The notes beneath the pieces are model-generated. The model was not told the origin of the DNA and did not search any database. It saw only the letters and a program-made list of their open reading frames with translations. This document shows, piece after piece, positions 1 through 12,345 of a DNA stretch of 64,000 nt. Made by a program: the position numbers and the translations under genes. Each line of letters opens with the position of its first letter. Within the stretch, counting starts at the first letter, position 1. Source of the stretch: an uncultured delta proteobacterium (lineage in GTDB: Bacteria > Myxococcota_A > Polyangia > Palsa-1104); assembly GCA_963785725.1 (NCBI GenBank), contig CAWAWS010000007.1:832001-896000 (forward strand). Reading direction: 5' to 3'.

Positions 1-854
1 AACGTGAACATCGGCTGCCCCGCCTTGTTCGCGCCCAGCCCGACCTGATCGAAGCGGCCTTTCTCGACGAAGGGCCCGATCGTCTCCAGCGTCGTCAGAT
101 CGATGACGCCGACGCGCGGATCGACGAACGAATCGACGCCGCCTTCGCGATGCAGCTTGGGCGCGACCAAGAACAAGAGCGACTTGCCATCGGACGAGCG
201 ATCGACGGCGAAGACGTGCCCGTCCGAGTCGGTGAGCCGGCGATAGCGCTTGCCGTCGGGATCGAAGTGGAAGACCTCCTGCTTCAACGACAGCGGCGCC
301 TCGACCGCGTCGCCGTCGAACTTCGGCTCGGTGGCGGCGCGTGTGCGCGCGACGAAGAAGAAGCCACGCTCCCAGCCCTTGGCGTACTCGCCGCGATAAC
401 GCGTCTTCAGGTCGCCGATCTTGGCCCAGGCCGGCGACGCGCGCAGCGCCGCCATCTCCTTGCTCGTGTCCAGCTTGTTCGCGTAGGCGACATAATCGCG
501 CGCGATGAGCTGCTCGTACTGCGCCGGGATCTCGTCGTTGCGCCCGAGCGCGGCCAGCGCGCGAATCAGCCCCCAGCGGCCAGCCGTGTAGTCGGGCGTG
601 TCGTTGACGACGTTTTGCAGCGCCGCCACCGCCACTTGCGGCTTCTTGTTGCGCAGCGCCGCGAAGCCGGTCTCGAGCAGCTTGCCGGCGTCGTTGCGCG
701 GCGATTGAAAGGGATCGGTCATGCCGATGGCGAGCTGCTTCGGCTGCTCGGCGGTCGAGGCCGTGCCGCCCGACGTGCTCGGCTGGCTGCTGTCGCGCTT
801 GCAACCGAGGCTCACGCAGGAAAGGAGCACGGCGCTCCAGGTCAGAATTCGCAT
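1..854 (-). CDS. Lipoprotein of unknown function (TPR-like helices then beta-propeller-like region); 3' end runs off the window
   Basis: Not in the ORF track (no stop). Manual translation from the ATG at 854 gives MRILTWSAVLLSCVSLGCKRDSSQPSTSGG..., with a lipobox-like SLGC; the frame stays open to base 1. Confidence 0.7.
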   Translation of the reverse strand, partial: MRILTWSAVLLSCVSLGCKRDSSQPSTSGGTASTAEQPKQLAIGMTDPFQSPRNDAGKLLETGFAALRNKKPQVAVAALQNVVNDTPDYTAGRWGLIRALAALGRNDEIPAQYEQLIARDYVAYANKLDTSKEMAALRASPAWAKIGDLKTRYRGEYAKGWERGFFFVARTRAATEPKFDGDAVEAPLSLKQEVFHFDPDGKRYRRLTDSDGHVFAVDRSSDGKSLLFLVAPKLHREGGVDSFVDPRVGVIDLTTLETIGPFVEKGRFDQVGLGANKAGQPMFT

Positions 855-922
855 GGCGCACATTGTACACGCGGGTCGACACCGGTTGTCACGGCCGCTG
901 CGGGCGCTACTTACAATGACGA

Positions 923-2221
<1,299 letters not shown>

Positions 2222-3996
2222 CGCGGCGTTGGCGGCCGCGCGCGCGCGATCGGCGCGGATGGCCAGCGCCAGCGCGCGCGGCACGGACAGCGCGCGGGCG
2301 GCAGCGGCGTCGGCGCGATAGTGCGCCGCATAATCGGGGGCGACGCGCAGGCGCCAATTGTCGTCGGACACCGTGCCCGGCGCGTTGTAGAGCGCGCGAT
2401 AGCCAAGCAGATCGGCGAAGAAGATCGACACATGGCGCGCGGGGCTGGCGAAGAGCTCGGCGAACATCGCCGTCGCCAGCGCGCCCGGCGACGCCAAGAG
2501 GCGCTGCGCAAAGGCCGGTCGCGCTAGCGGCTCGGGCTCGAGGCGCGCGGCCAAAAAGTGCGCGCGCGCGGCGGCGCGACCGTCGCTGCGCCAGTCGTCG
2601 GCGAGCTGCCACAACGGCGGCGTGTCGTGGTTGCCGACCATGATCCAGTCGCGCGGCTGCGCGTTGTCGCTGCGGTAGACGTCGTCGGGCACGTCGAGCC
2701 GCGCCTTTTGCGTGACCACCATGCGGCCGAGGCCCGCGCGCTCCATCACGCGGCGTAGCGGATAGGGCCAGGTGCTCAGCACCTCGCACACGAGCTCGGC
2801 GCCGCGGGCGCGTGCGGTCGCGAACAGCCGCGCACAGAGCGCGCCGTAGCGGTCGACTTGCGCGGCGTCGAGATCGCGCACCCACTCGTCGGCGTGACGC
2901 GCGCGGCTGCGATCGAGCTGCGCCGGCGTCGCGATGGCCCAGCGCGCCAGCTCGGGATGGTCGGGCAGATCGGGCGACGAAAAGAGGCGCGCGCCCGCTT
3001 GCACTGCGGCCAGCGCGTCCGGGGCTTCGGCGCGATAGACCCACGGATCGACGAGGCCGTGCGGATGATCGACGCGCAATCCGTCATATTCGGCGAGCGC
3101 CTTGTCGACGCGCGCGGCGAAGAGCGCACCGGCGGCGCCGTCGTATTGCGCCGGATCGAGCAGCGGATAACCCCACGGTTGGCCGTCGGGGTTGGTGCGG
3201 CTCGGCGGCGCGCCCATGCGATAGCCGTCGAGAAAGAGCGACGCCAGCGCCAAGCGATCGCGGTGGGAGACGCCGACCTGCAAGTCGCCGAAGAGGCCGA
3301 GGCCGAGCGCGCGCGTAAACTGGCGCAGCTCGCCGTGTTGGCGATGGGCGAGCCATTGCTCGGCGCGGTGTCGCGCGGGCGTGACGTCGCCGGTGCGCTC
3401 GTCGCGGGCGAGCCAGTCGCCGGCGTCGCGCGCGAATTCGGCGATGGCGCCGGCCCATTCGTGGCCGCGCGCGGCCAAGAGCGCGGTGAGCGCGGCGGCG
3501 TGGCGATCCCAGGCGCCGGTGTGGTCGCAGAGCCGCGCCGACTCGGCCGGCACGTCGCCGACGACGGCGCGCCAATCGCCGGCGGCCTCCGTCCACAGCG
3601 GGCCGAGCGCGATGGCGAGCGGGTTGCGCGAGAAGATCATGGCGTCGTACGGCGACGGATTGGCGCGCGAGATCCAGCCTTGCGGGCCGAGCTGCACGTC
3701 GGTGAAGCCGAGCTGCCGCGCGAAACGCAAGAAGTCGCAACCGGCGGCCGAGTAGGGCGTGCCGCGGCCGACGTCGTCGTCGCCGGCCGGGAAGCTGGCG
3801 TCGTGGATGGCGAGCACCAAGCGCGTTACGCCGCAGAGCTGCAGCGCATCGGCGACGGCGGCGCGATAGTCGCTCCGCTCCCACGCTGGAACTGCAGTAG
3901 TCACGGCAGGTTACCGACGGTGTCGGCGGTCGCGGCGGCTCTCGTGGCGAGAGTCTCGGGGCTTGTCATCGCAGGCTCGGTCGTTAACTCTACACC

Positions 3997-6042
3997 ATGA
4001 TTTCGCGCGCCGACGAAGGGGAGCGCCCGGCGCGTGCCGCGGCATTCGACGGGCAGCGTCGCGTCGTCATCGGCGCGGTGCGACCGTCGCTCGACGGCGG
4101 CCGCTTCGCCGTCAAGCGCGTCATCGGCGACGTGCTCGACGTCGAGGCCGAGCTGTTGCTCGATGGTCACGATCTCATCGCCGCCGTCGTTCGTCACCGC
4201 GCGCCCGACGGCGCGACGAGCGAGCAGCCGCTGGTGGCGCTGGGCAACGATCGTTGGCACGGCGCGATCCCGCTGTCGCAGCTCGGTCGCTGGTCGTACA
4301 GCGTCGAGGCCTGGGTCGACGCGTGGGCCAGCTTCGTCTGGGGCTTTCGGCGCAAAGTGGACGCGGCGCAAGACGTTCGCGTGGAATTGCTCGACGGCGC
4401 CAAGCTCATCGTCGCCGCGGTCGAGCGGGCGCGCGCCCAAGGCGACGGCGCGCGCGACGACGGCAACGCGCTGGCCGCGCTGGCCGCGCGCGTCGCCGAC
4501 GAGCGGCGCGCGCCGGCCGAGCGCATCGCGGCGGTCACCGACGCGGCGACGACGGCGCTGATGGCGCGCCATCCCGACCGCAGCCACGCCGCGCGGCTCG
4601 AGCGCGCGCTCGAAGTCGTCGTCGAGCCGATGCGCGCGCGCTTCAGCGCCTGGTACGAGTTCTTCCCGCGCAGCTGCGGCGAAAACGGCCGGCACGGCAC
4701 GTTCGCCGACGCCGCCAAGCGGCTCGATTACGTCGCCGATCTGGGCTTCGACACCGTCTACTTGCCACCGATTCATCCGATTGGTCGCACGCATCGCAAG
4801 GGACCGAATAATTCGCTCGGCTCGAACGCCAACGACGTCGGCAGCCCGTGGGCGATCGGCGCGAGCGAAGGCGGACACAAGTCGATTCATCCGCAATTGG
4901 GCACGCTCGACGACTTTCGCGCATTCGTGGCCCGCGCCAAAACGCTGGGACTGGAAGTGGCGCTGGATATCGCGCTGCAGGTCTCGCCCGATCATCCGTA
5001 TGTGAAACAGCATCCCGATTGGTTCGTGCAGCGCGCCGATGGGAGCATTCAATACGCCGAGAATCCGCCCAAGAAGTATCAAGATATCTACCCGTTTCAT
5101 TTCGATTGCGCCGATTGGAAGGCGTTATGGAATGAATTGAAGTCGATCTTCCTGTTTTGGATCGAGCAGGGAATCACCGTATTTCGCGTCGATAATCCGC
5201 ATACGAAGCCGCTGCCGTTCTGGCAATGGTGTATCGGCGAGATCCAGCGCCAGCATCCGGAGACGATCTTCCTCGCGGAGGCGTTCACGCGGCCGAAGCT
5301 GCTGCAGGCGCTGGCGAAGGCCGGCTTCTCGCAGTCGTACACCTATTTTACGTGGCGGACGACGAAGGCGGAGTTGACCGAATATGCCGAAGAGCTGACG
5401 CAAACTGCGCAATACGACTATTTGCGGCCCAATTTTTGGCCGAATACGCCCGATATCCTGCCCGAGCATCTGCAGTGGGGGGGTCGCGCCGCCTATTTAC
5501 AGCGGCTGATATTGGCGAGCACGCTGTCGTCGAATTGGGGCGTTTATGGACCGACGTTCGAGCTGATGGAGCACGTGGCGCGGCCGGGCGCCGAGGAATA
5601 TCTCGATAACGAGAAGTATCAGCTGCGGCAATGGGATTTGACGCGCGCCGATTCGCTGGCGCCGATGATGAAGCTGCTCAATCGCATTCGCAGAGAGCAG
5701 CCGGCGCTGCACGACAACGCGACGCTGCGGTTTCACAGGACCGATAACGAATTCGTCATTTGCTACAGTAAACGCAGCGCTGATGATATGGGTGGCGCGA
5801 TATTGGTCGTCGTCAACCTCGATCCCGAGCATACGCAGTCGGCCTGGATCGACGTCGACGCCGCGGCGCTGGGCGTCGCGCCTGACGAGACGTTTCAAGT
5901 GCACGATCTGTTGGGCGAGGCGCGCTATCGCTGGCGCGCCGGTCGCAATTTCGTGCAGCTCATCCCGCAGGTGATGCCGGCGCACCTGTTCCGAATCCGC
6001 CGCCACGCCGCCAGCGAACGAGGATTCGAATACTTCATATGA
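3997..6042 (+). CDS. glgE: Alpha-1,4-glucan:maltose-1-phosphate maltosyltransferase
   Basis: WYEFFPRS, YAENPPKKYQDIYP, FRVDNPHTKP, FLAEAFTRP, NFWPNTPDIL. Confidence 0.97.
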   Translation: MISRADEGERPARAAAFDGQRRVVIGAVRPSLDGGRFAVKRVIGDVLDVEAELLLDGHDLIAAVVRHRAPDGATSEQPLVALGNDRWHGAIPLSQLGRWSYSVEAWVDAWASFVWGFRRKVDAAQDVRVELLDGAKLIVAAVERARAQGDGARDDGNALAALAARVADERRAPAERIAAVTDAATTALMARHPDRSHAARLERALEVVVEPMRARFSAWYEFFPRSCGENGRHGTFADAAKRLDYVADLGFDTVYLPPIHPIGRTHRKGPNNSLGSNANDVGSPWAIGASEGGHKSIHPQLGTLDDFRAFVARAKTLGLEVALDIALQVSPDHPYVKQHPDWFVQRADGSIQYAENPPKKYQDIYPFHFDCADWKALWNELKSIFLFWIEQGITVFRVDNPHTKPLPFWQWCIGEIQRQHPETIFLAEAFTRPKLLQALAKAGFSQSYTYFTWRTTKAELTEYAEELTQTAQYDYLRPNFWPNTPDILPEHLQWGGRAAYLQRLILASTLSSNWGVYGPTFELMEHVARPGAEEYLDNEKYQLRQWDLTRADSLAPMMKLLNRIRREQPALHDNATLRFHRTDNEFVICYSKRSADDMGGAILVVVNLDPEHTQSAWIDVDAAALGVAPDETFQVHDLLGEARYRWRAGRNFVQLIPQVMPAHLFRIRRHAASERGFEYFI

Positions 6043-9000
6043 GACGGCGTAAAGAAGAAGGCGCAGACGCGTTGGCACCCAATCCGCACTGGTATAAAGA
6101 AGCGGTCATATACGAGATCCATATTCGCGCCTTCGCCGATTCGAATGACGACGGCATCGGCGACTTCAATGGGCTCGTCGAGCGGCTCGATTACCTGCAG
6201 GATCTAGGCGTCACCGCGATCTGGCTGCTGCCGTTCTATCCTTCGCCGCTGCGCGACGGCGGCTACGACATCTCCGATTACACGAAGATCAATCCGGCCT
6301 ACGGGACTCTCAAAGACTTCTCGCGGCTGCTCAAAGAGGCGCATAGCCGCGGGATTCGCGTCATTACCGAGCTGGTTCTGAATCATACGTCGAACGAGCA
6401 CGAATGGTTTCAGCGCGCGCGTCGCGCCGAGCCGGGCTCGAAATGGCGTAACTATTATGTGTGGAGCGATACGCCCAGTCGCTACGCGGACGCGCGCATC
6501 ATCTTCAAAGACTTCGAGACCTCCAATTGGTGTTGGGATCCGGTCGCCAAATCCTATTATTGGCACCGTTTCTATTCGCATCAGCCCGATTTGAACTTCG
6601 AGAATCCCGAGGTTCATAAGGCGCTCTTGAAGGTCATCGACTTCTGGCTCGACCTCGGCGTCGACGGAATGCGGCTCGACGCCGTGCCCTATTTGTTCGA
6701 GGAAGAGGGCACGAGCTGCGAGAACCTGCCGCGCACGCACGAGTTCTTGAAGACGCTGCGCGCGCACGTCGATTCACACTATCGCGATCGCATGCTGTTG
6801 GCGGAGGCGAATCAGTGGCCGGAAGACGCCGCCGCCTATTTCGGCAGCGGCGACGAATGCCATATGAATTTTCATTTCCCACTGATGCCGCGCATGTTCA
6901 TGTCGGTGCATCTGGAAGATCGCTTTCCCATCGTCGATATCTTGCGGCAGACGCCGAATATCCCGCCCAATTGTCAGTGGGCGACGTTCTTGCGCAATCA
7001 CGACGAGCTGACGCTGGAGATGGTCACCGACGAAGATCGCGACTATATGTATCGCGTCTACGCCGAGGATCCGAACGCGCGCATCAACCTCGGCATTCGC
7101 CGGCGTCTGGCGCCGCTCGTCAAAGGGCGACGCAAGATCGAGCTCATGAACGCCATGCTCTTCTCGTTGCCGGGAACGCCGGTGCTTTATTACGGCGACG
7201 AAATCGGGATGGGCGACAATATCTATCTCGGCGATCGCGACGGCGTGCGGACGCCGATGCAATGGAGCGCCGACCGCAACGCCGGATTCTCGCGCGCCAA
7301 TCCGCAGAAGCTTTATTTGCCGGTGATTACCGATCCCGAATATCACTACGAATCGAACAACGTGCAGGCGCAGCAGGCCAATTCTTCGTCGCTGTTGTGG
7401 TGGATGAAGCGGCTCATCGCGCTGCGCAAAGAGAACGAAGTGCTCGGGACCGGCGGAATCGAGTTTCTGCTGCCAGATAACCCCAAGGTATTGGCGTTCA
7501 TTCGCAGCGACGGCCGGCATAGCGTCTTGGTGGTCATCAACCTGTCGCGCTTCGTGCAGTGCGCCGAGCTCGAGCTGGCGCAGTATCAGCATTTGACGCC
7601 GATCGAAATGTTCGGTCGCACGCCCTTTCCGACGATCACCGATAAGCCTTATTTCTTATCGTTGGGACCGCATTCGTTCTATTGGTTCACGCTGGAAGCA
7701 GCCGATGCCGCGAGCGGGCGCACGGAAAAGCCGCGCATCGACGTGTCCGGTGGCTGGCTCAAAGTATTCAGCGGACGGGCGCGCGCGCAATTGTCGGCGG
7801 CGCTGCTCGAATATGCCGTCGGCCGGCGCTGGTTCCGCGGCAAAGCGCGTCCGCGCAAAGGCGCGACCATCGCCGACGTCTTGCAGCTCGACGGCGAAAA
7901 TGGCTGCGCGCGGCTGGCGCTGTTGCAGGTCGATTACGTCGAAGGCGATCCCGAAGTGTATGTCGTTCCCTTGGCATTCCGCAGCGGCGAAGAGGCCATT
8001 CGCGTCATGCGCGAGCGGCCGCAAGCGAAGATCGCCAGCCTCGTCACGCACGACAACAAAGGCGAAGTCGAAGGCGTGCTCGTCGACGGATTGGCCGATG
8101 ACGCGCCGGTGCGCTTGATGGACATGATTCGCAAGAAGCAGGAGGTCGGCGGCGAACGCGGCGAAATGACGGCGACGACGTTGCGCGCCTTCAAGGAGGT
8201 CGCCGGCGATGACCCGTTGATTCCGCGCACGAGCGAGTTCGAGCAGACCAACTCGTCGATTCTCGTCGGCGACAAGATGCTGCTCAAAGTTTATCGAATG
8301 CTGGAAATGGGGCCCAATCCCGAGCTGGAATTGGGCGCTTATTTGACCGAGCACGCGCCGGCGGTGAGAGACGCTTCGGGGAATCACATTACGCGGCGCG
8401 CGCCGCGCATGTTGGGCGCGCTCGAATATCGCGCGCCGACGTTGAAAGAGCCGGCGACGGTGGCGACGGTGCAGGAGCTCATCGCCAACGAAGGCGTCGC
8501 CTGGGATACGGCGGCCTCGGCGCTCGATCGCTATTTCGACCGTGTGCTGCAGCTGCACGCGGCGACGCCGTCGTCGCCGGCGAACGCGCCGGCGGCGGGC
8601 GCGCCGGTGACGCTGGAGGCGCCGCCGCTGCCGCCGGGAGACATGATCGCGCAAGGCGCGGCCGAGCTGTCGCCGGAGATGTTGGAGCTGCTCGGCGGCT
8701 TTGTCGGCCGCGCGCGTCAGCTCGGCCGACGCGCCGCCGAGCTGCACCTCGTGCTCGGCGCCGAGCCGGTCGACCCGGCGTTTGCCCCGCAGCCGTTCAC
8801 CGGCTTTTATCAACAGTCGTTATTCCAAGGCGCGCACAAGCTGTGGGTGCGCACGGCCGAGCTGCTGCGCAAGAACCTCGGCAAGCTGCCCGAGCCGCTG
8901 CAGAGCGACGTCAGCGCGATCGCCGCCGATGAGACGCGCATCGACAGGCGATTGCGGACGATCACCGCGCGCAAGCTGGACGTGGCGCGCGTGCGTATTC

Positions 9001-9449
9001 ACGGCGATCTGCACCTCGGCCAGATCCTCGATACCGGTGATGATTTCGTGTTCATCGACTTCGAAGGCGAGCCCGGCCGGCCGCTCAATGAGCGGCGTTA
9101 CAAGCGCTGCCCGCTCTTCGACGTCGCCGGCATGCTGCGCTCGTTCCATTACGCGAGCGAATCGGCGCTGCGCTCCGGTCGGTTGCGCGTGGAGGACGCG
9201 GCGTTCCTGCGGCCGTGGGCGCGCGCCTGGACGGCGTGGGTGCGCGCGGCCTTCCTCGACGAATATTTGAAGACCGTCGGCTCGGCGCCGTTCGTGCCTG
9301 CCAGCGACGACGACAAGCGTCTCATGTTGGAGTTTTATCAGCTCGAAAAATGCATTTACGAAATTCGCTATGAGCTGAATAATCGTCCCGACTGGCTGGA
9401 GATTCCGCTGGCGGGACTGCAAGAGCTCATGGGTCGGGAGGCGCAATGA
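6039..9449 (+). CDS. treS: Trehalose synthase fused to maltokinase (TreS-Pep2/Mak)
   Basis: GH13 motifs RLDAVPYL, AEANQW and FLRNHDELTLEM; C-terminal kinase-like EQTNSS, RIHGDLHLGQ and IDFEGEP; ATGA overlap with glgE. Confidence 0.95.
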   Translation: MRRRKEEGADALAPNPHWYKEAVIYEIHIRAFADSNDDGIGDFNGLVERLDYLQDLGVTAIWLLPFYPSPLRDGGYDISDYTKINPAYGTLKDFSRLLKEAHSRGIRVITELVLNHTSNEHEWFQRARRAEPGSKWRNYYVWSDTPSRYADARIIFKDFETSNWCWDPVAKSYYWHRFYSHQPDLNFENPEVHKALLKVIDFWLDLGVDGMRLDAVPYLFEEEGTSCENLPRTHEFLKTLRAHVDSHYRDRMLLAEANQWPEDAAAYFGSGDECHMNFHFPLMPRMFMSVHLEDRFPIVDILRQTPNIPPNCQWATFLRNHDELTLEMVTDEDRDYMYRVYAEDPNARINLGIRRRLAPLVKGRRKIELMNAMLFSLPGTPVLYYGDEIGMGDNIYLGDRDGVRTPMQWSADRNAGFSRANPQKLYLPVITDPEYHYESNNVQAQQANSSSLLWWMKRLIALRKENEVLGTGGIEFLLPDNPKVLAFIRSDGRHSVLVVINLSRFVQCAELELAQYQHLTPIEMFGRTPFPTITDKPYFLSLGPHSFYWFTLEAADAASGRTEKPRIDVSGGWLKVFSGRARAQLSAALLEYAVGRRWFRGKARPRKGATIADVLQLDGENGCARLALLQVDYVEGDPEVYVVPLAFRSGEEAIRVMRERPQAKIASLVTHDNKGEVEGVLVDGLADDAPVRLMDMIRKKQEVGGERGEMTATTLRAFKEVAGDDPLIPRTSEFEQTNSSILVGDKMLLKVYRMLEMGPNPELELGAYLTEHAPAVRDASGNHITRRAPRMLGALEYRAPTLKEPATVATVQELIANEGVAWDTAASALDRYFDRVLQLHAATPSSPANAPAAGAPVTLEAPPLPPGDMIAQGAAELSPEMLELLGGFVGRARQLGRRAAELHLVLGAEPVDPAFAPQPFTGFYQQSLFQGAHKLWVRTAELLRKNLGKLPEPLQSDVSAIAADETRIDRRLRTITARKLDVARVRIHGDLHLGQILDTGDDFVFIDFEGEPGRPLNERRYKRCPLFDVAGMLRSFHYASESALRSGRLRVEDAAFLRPWARAWTAWVRAAFLDEYLKTVGSAPFVPASDDDKRLMLEFYQLEKCIYEIRYELNNRPDWLEIPLAGLQELMGREAQ

Positions 9450-11374
9450 ATCGTCCGTTGATGCGCGACAGTGGTCCGTCGTTGTTGGGCGACACCGATA
9501 TCCACCTGTTCAACGAAGGCACGCATGCCCGGCTTTACGACAAGCTCGGCTCGCGAATCATCACCTTCAACGGCCAATCGGGCGTTTATTTCGCCGTGTG
9601 GGCGCCGAACGCCGAGCGCGTCTCGGTCATCGGCGATTTCAACGGCTGGGACGACACGCGCGCGCCGCTGAAGACCAAGGGCCAATCGGGCATCTGGGAA
9701 GGCTTCATTCCCGAGGCGGCGCTGGGAAACGTCTACAAATACCGCATTTGGTCGCGCTTCGCCGGTTATCGTGTCGATAAGGCCGATCCCTTCGCGGTGC
9801 GGCAAGAAGTCCCACCAAAGACCGGCTCGGTCATTTGGCACCTCGACGGCTACGATTGGCAAGACGCCGATTGGATGCGCGCGCGTAAAGAGCGCAATTC
9901 GCTGGCCGCGCCGATTTCGTTCTACGAGATGCACCTCGGCTCCTGGATGCGCGTGCCGGAAGAGGGCAATCGCTCGCTCAGCTATCGCGAGGTCGCGCCG
10001 CGGCTGGCGCAGCACGTCAAGTCGCTCGGCTTTACCCATATCGAGCTGATGCCGATCATGGAGCATCCGTTTTACGGCTCGTGGGGATATCAGGTCACCG
10101 GTTATTTCGCGCCCACGTCGCGTTACGGCACGCCGCAAGACTTCATGTATTTCGTCGATTACATGCACCGCGAAGGCATCGGCGTCGTGCTCGACTGGCC
10201 GCCGGCGCATTTTCCGTCGGACGAGCACGGCCTCAACTTCTTCGACGGCACACATTTGTACGAGCACGCCGACCGACGCCAAGGATTTCATCCCGATTGG
10301 AAGTCGGAGATCTTCAATTACGGGCGCCACGAAGTGCGCAGCTTTCTGGTCTCGAGCGCCTCTTATTGGCTCGATAAGTTTCATATCGACGGCATTCGCG
10401 TCGACGGCGTGGCGTCGATGTTGTACCTCGATTACGGCCGTAAAGCCGGCGAATGGATCCCCAACGAGCACGGTGGCCACGAGAATTTGGCGGCGGTTTC
10501 GTTGTTGCGGCAATTGAACGAGACGTTGTATCGCGAGCATCCGGACACCCAGACGATCGCCGAGGAGTCGACGGCCTGGCCGCTGGTTTCGCGGCCGGTT
10601 TATATGGGCGGTCTCGGCTTCGGCATGAAGTGGGATCTGGGCTGGATGCACGATTCGCTCGACTATTTCTCGCGCGATCCGGTGCACCGCCGCTTTCATC
10701 ATAATCAGCTGACGTTCCGCGGTTTATATGCGTTTCACGAGAACTACGTATTGCCGCTGTCGCACGATGAAGTGGTGCACGGTAAAGGCTCGCTCTTATC
10801 GAAGATGAACGGCGACCATTGGCAGCGCTTTGCCAATCTGCGACTGCTGTATTCGTATATGTATGCGCAACCGGGTAAGAAGCTCCTGTTCATGGGCGCC
10901 GAATTCGGGCAGTGGCGCGAGTGGAACCACGATATGAGCCTCGATTGGCATCTGCTGAACGAAGATCCGGCGCACGGCCAGCTGCAGCTGCTCGTCGGCA
11001 CGTTGAATCATTTGTATCGCACGCATCCGGCGCTGCATCAGCTCGACGGCGACGCGCGCGGCATGGAGTGGGTGCAAGCGAATGACGCCGAATATTCGGT
11101 GTTGGCGTTCTTGCGTAAAGGCAGAGAGCCGCGCGAGCAGGTGTTGGCGCTGCTCAATTTCACGCCCGTGCCGCGCTACAACTACCGCATCGGCGTCAAC
11201 GGCGGCGCCGCGGCGTGGCAGGAGATCTTCAACAGCGACGCCGCGGTCTTCGGCGGCAGCGGGCACGGCAACGGCGGGCGCGTGCCGGTGACGCCGCTGC
11301 CGTGGCACGGCCGCAACAGCTCGCTCAACTTGACCATCCCGCCGCTCGGCGCGCTCTTCCTCAAAGCCGAGTGA
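9446..11374 (+). CDS. glgB: 1,4-alpha-glucan branching enzyme
   Basis: FAVWAPNA, YEMHLGSW, GIRVDGVASMLY, AEESTAWP, LPLSHDEVVHGK; ATGA overlap with treS. Confidence 0.97.
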   Translation: MNRPLMRDSGPSLLGDTDIHLFNEGTHARLYDKLGSRIITFNGQSGVYFAVWAPNAERVSVIGDFNGWDDTRAPLKTKGQSGIWEGFIPEAALGNVYKYRIWSRFAGYRVDKADPFAVRQEVPPKTGSVIWHLDGYDWQDADWMRARKERNSLAAPISFYEMHLGSWMRVPEEGNRSLSYREVAPRLAQHVKSLGFTHIELMPIMEHPFYGSWGYQVTGYFAPTSRYGTPQDFMYFVDYMHREGIGVVLDWPPAHFPSDEHGLNFFDGTHLYEHADRRQGFHPDWKSEIFNYGRHEVRSFLVSSASYWLDKFHIDGIRVDGVASMLYLDYGRKAGEWIPNEHGGHENLAAVSLLRQLNETLYREHPDTQTIAEESTAWPLVSRPVYMGGLGFGMKWDLGWMHDSLDYFSRDPVHRRFHHNQLTFRGLYAFHENYVLPLSHDEVVHGKGSLLSKMNGDHWQRFANLRLLYSYMYAQPGKKLLFMGAEFGQWREWNHDMSLDWHLLNEDPAHGQLQLLVGTLNHLYRTHPALHQLDGDARGMEWVQANDAEYSVLAFLRKGREPREQVLALLNFTPVPRYNYRIGVNGGAAAWQEIFNSDAAVFGGSGHGNGGRVPVTPLPWHGRNSSLNLTIPPLGALFLKAE

Positions 11375-11670
11375 GCCGATCTCGCCCAGCCCACGCCGAA
11401 GCGACAGTCGAAACACGATATTTCTCGTCCGATTAGCGCGCTTCTAAAACGTCGCCGATATCACTAAAATCGATTTCGTAGAGTGATTTTCGTAATCGTT
11501 TTGCGGCAGCGTCGAACGCGCCGCGCAGCAAATGCATGTCCCTTTCGTGAGACACGCGCGTGGCTACGCCAGCGTCGGCGCGCGTTGGCAGTGGGAGGCC
11601 GGCGTGCGACGTTGACTCGCGCGCGCGGCGCTTCGCGCACGCCTATTCAATTCTTACGAAGGAGAATGAA

Positions 11671-12282
11671 ATGAAAGCGAATCGGATTCATTTCCAGCGG
11701 AACTGTTCCTTGGTCGGCGCGGCCCTCGCGTTCGCGCTCGTCGGCTGCAGCGCGACTCCCGAAGGCGCCAAGAGTGAAACCACGAGCGCGCAGACGGCGA
11801 GCGATGATCCCGCGCCGAGCGCGACCGAGCTGCTCACCGGCACCTGGACGTACGTGCCCGACGCCAGCTGCGGCGCGGCGCCGTTCGGCACGGTGAGCGG
11901 CAACGAGCTGTCGTTCTCCGCCGGCGGCTATTGCAGCGGCGGCAACGGCGTCCCGTTCGCCGGCTTCACGTATCAGCAGCCGGTGGCGGTCGAAGCCGGC
12001 GGCACTTACGACCTCACGCTGACGCTCTCGGACTTCAACGGCTGGCTCGGCTTCATTCCGACGAGCTTCACGGCGACGATCGCGGGCGTGACGCAGAAGG
12101 TGTCGGCCTCGAGCGCCTCGGTCATCGAGCTGACGTTCGCCATCGACACGCTGCCGCCCGGGCCGACGACCATCACGTTCAACGTTCATCCGCCGGCGGG
12201 CGGCGTCGGACCGGTCAACGGCGGCATCTACCTGACCGAAGAAGGCGTCGACGTCGGATTGTCGCTCACGCGCACCAACTAA
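11671..12282 (+). CDS. Hypothetical lipoprotein with a beta-sandwich (CBM-like) domain
   Basis: AAGGAG RBS before the ATG at 11671; lipobox LVGC; beta-strand-rich sequence. Confidence 0.65.
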   Translation: MKANRIHFQRNCSLVGAALAFALVGCSATPEGAKSETTSAQTASDDPAPSATELLTGTWTYVPDASCGAAPFGTVSGNELSFSAGGYCSGGNGVPFAGFTYQQPVAVEAGGTYDLTLTLSDFNGWLGFIPTSFTATIAGVTQKVSASSASVIELTFAIDTLPPGPTTITFNVHPPAGGVGPVNGGIYLTEEGVDVGLSLTRTN

Positions 12283-12289
12283 GCAGCGC

Positions 12290-12330
12290 GCGATCCTGCA
12301 CTGCCTTGGGCGGTGCAGGATCGTCGTTTC
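12290..12330. terminator. Hairpin between convergent genes (probable terminator)
   Basis: CGATCCTGCACTGCC-TTG-GGCGGTGCAGGATCG stem-loop. Confidence 0.6.
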
Positions 12331-12345
12331 AATCTCCTCGATACT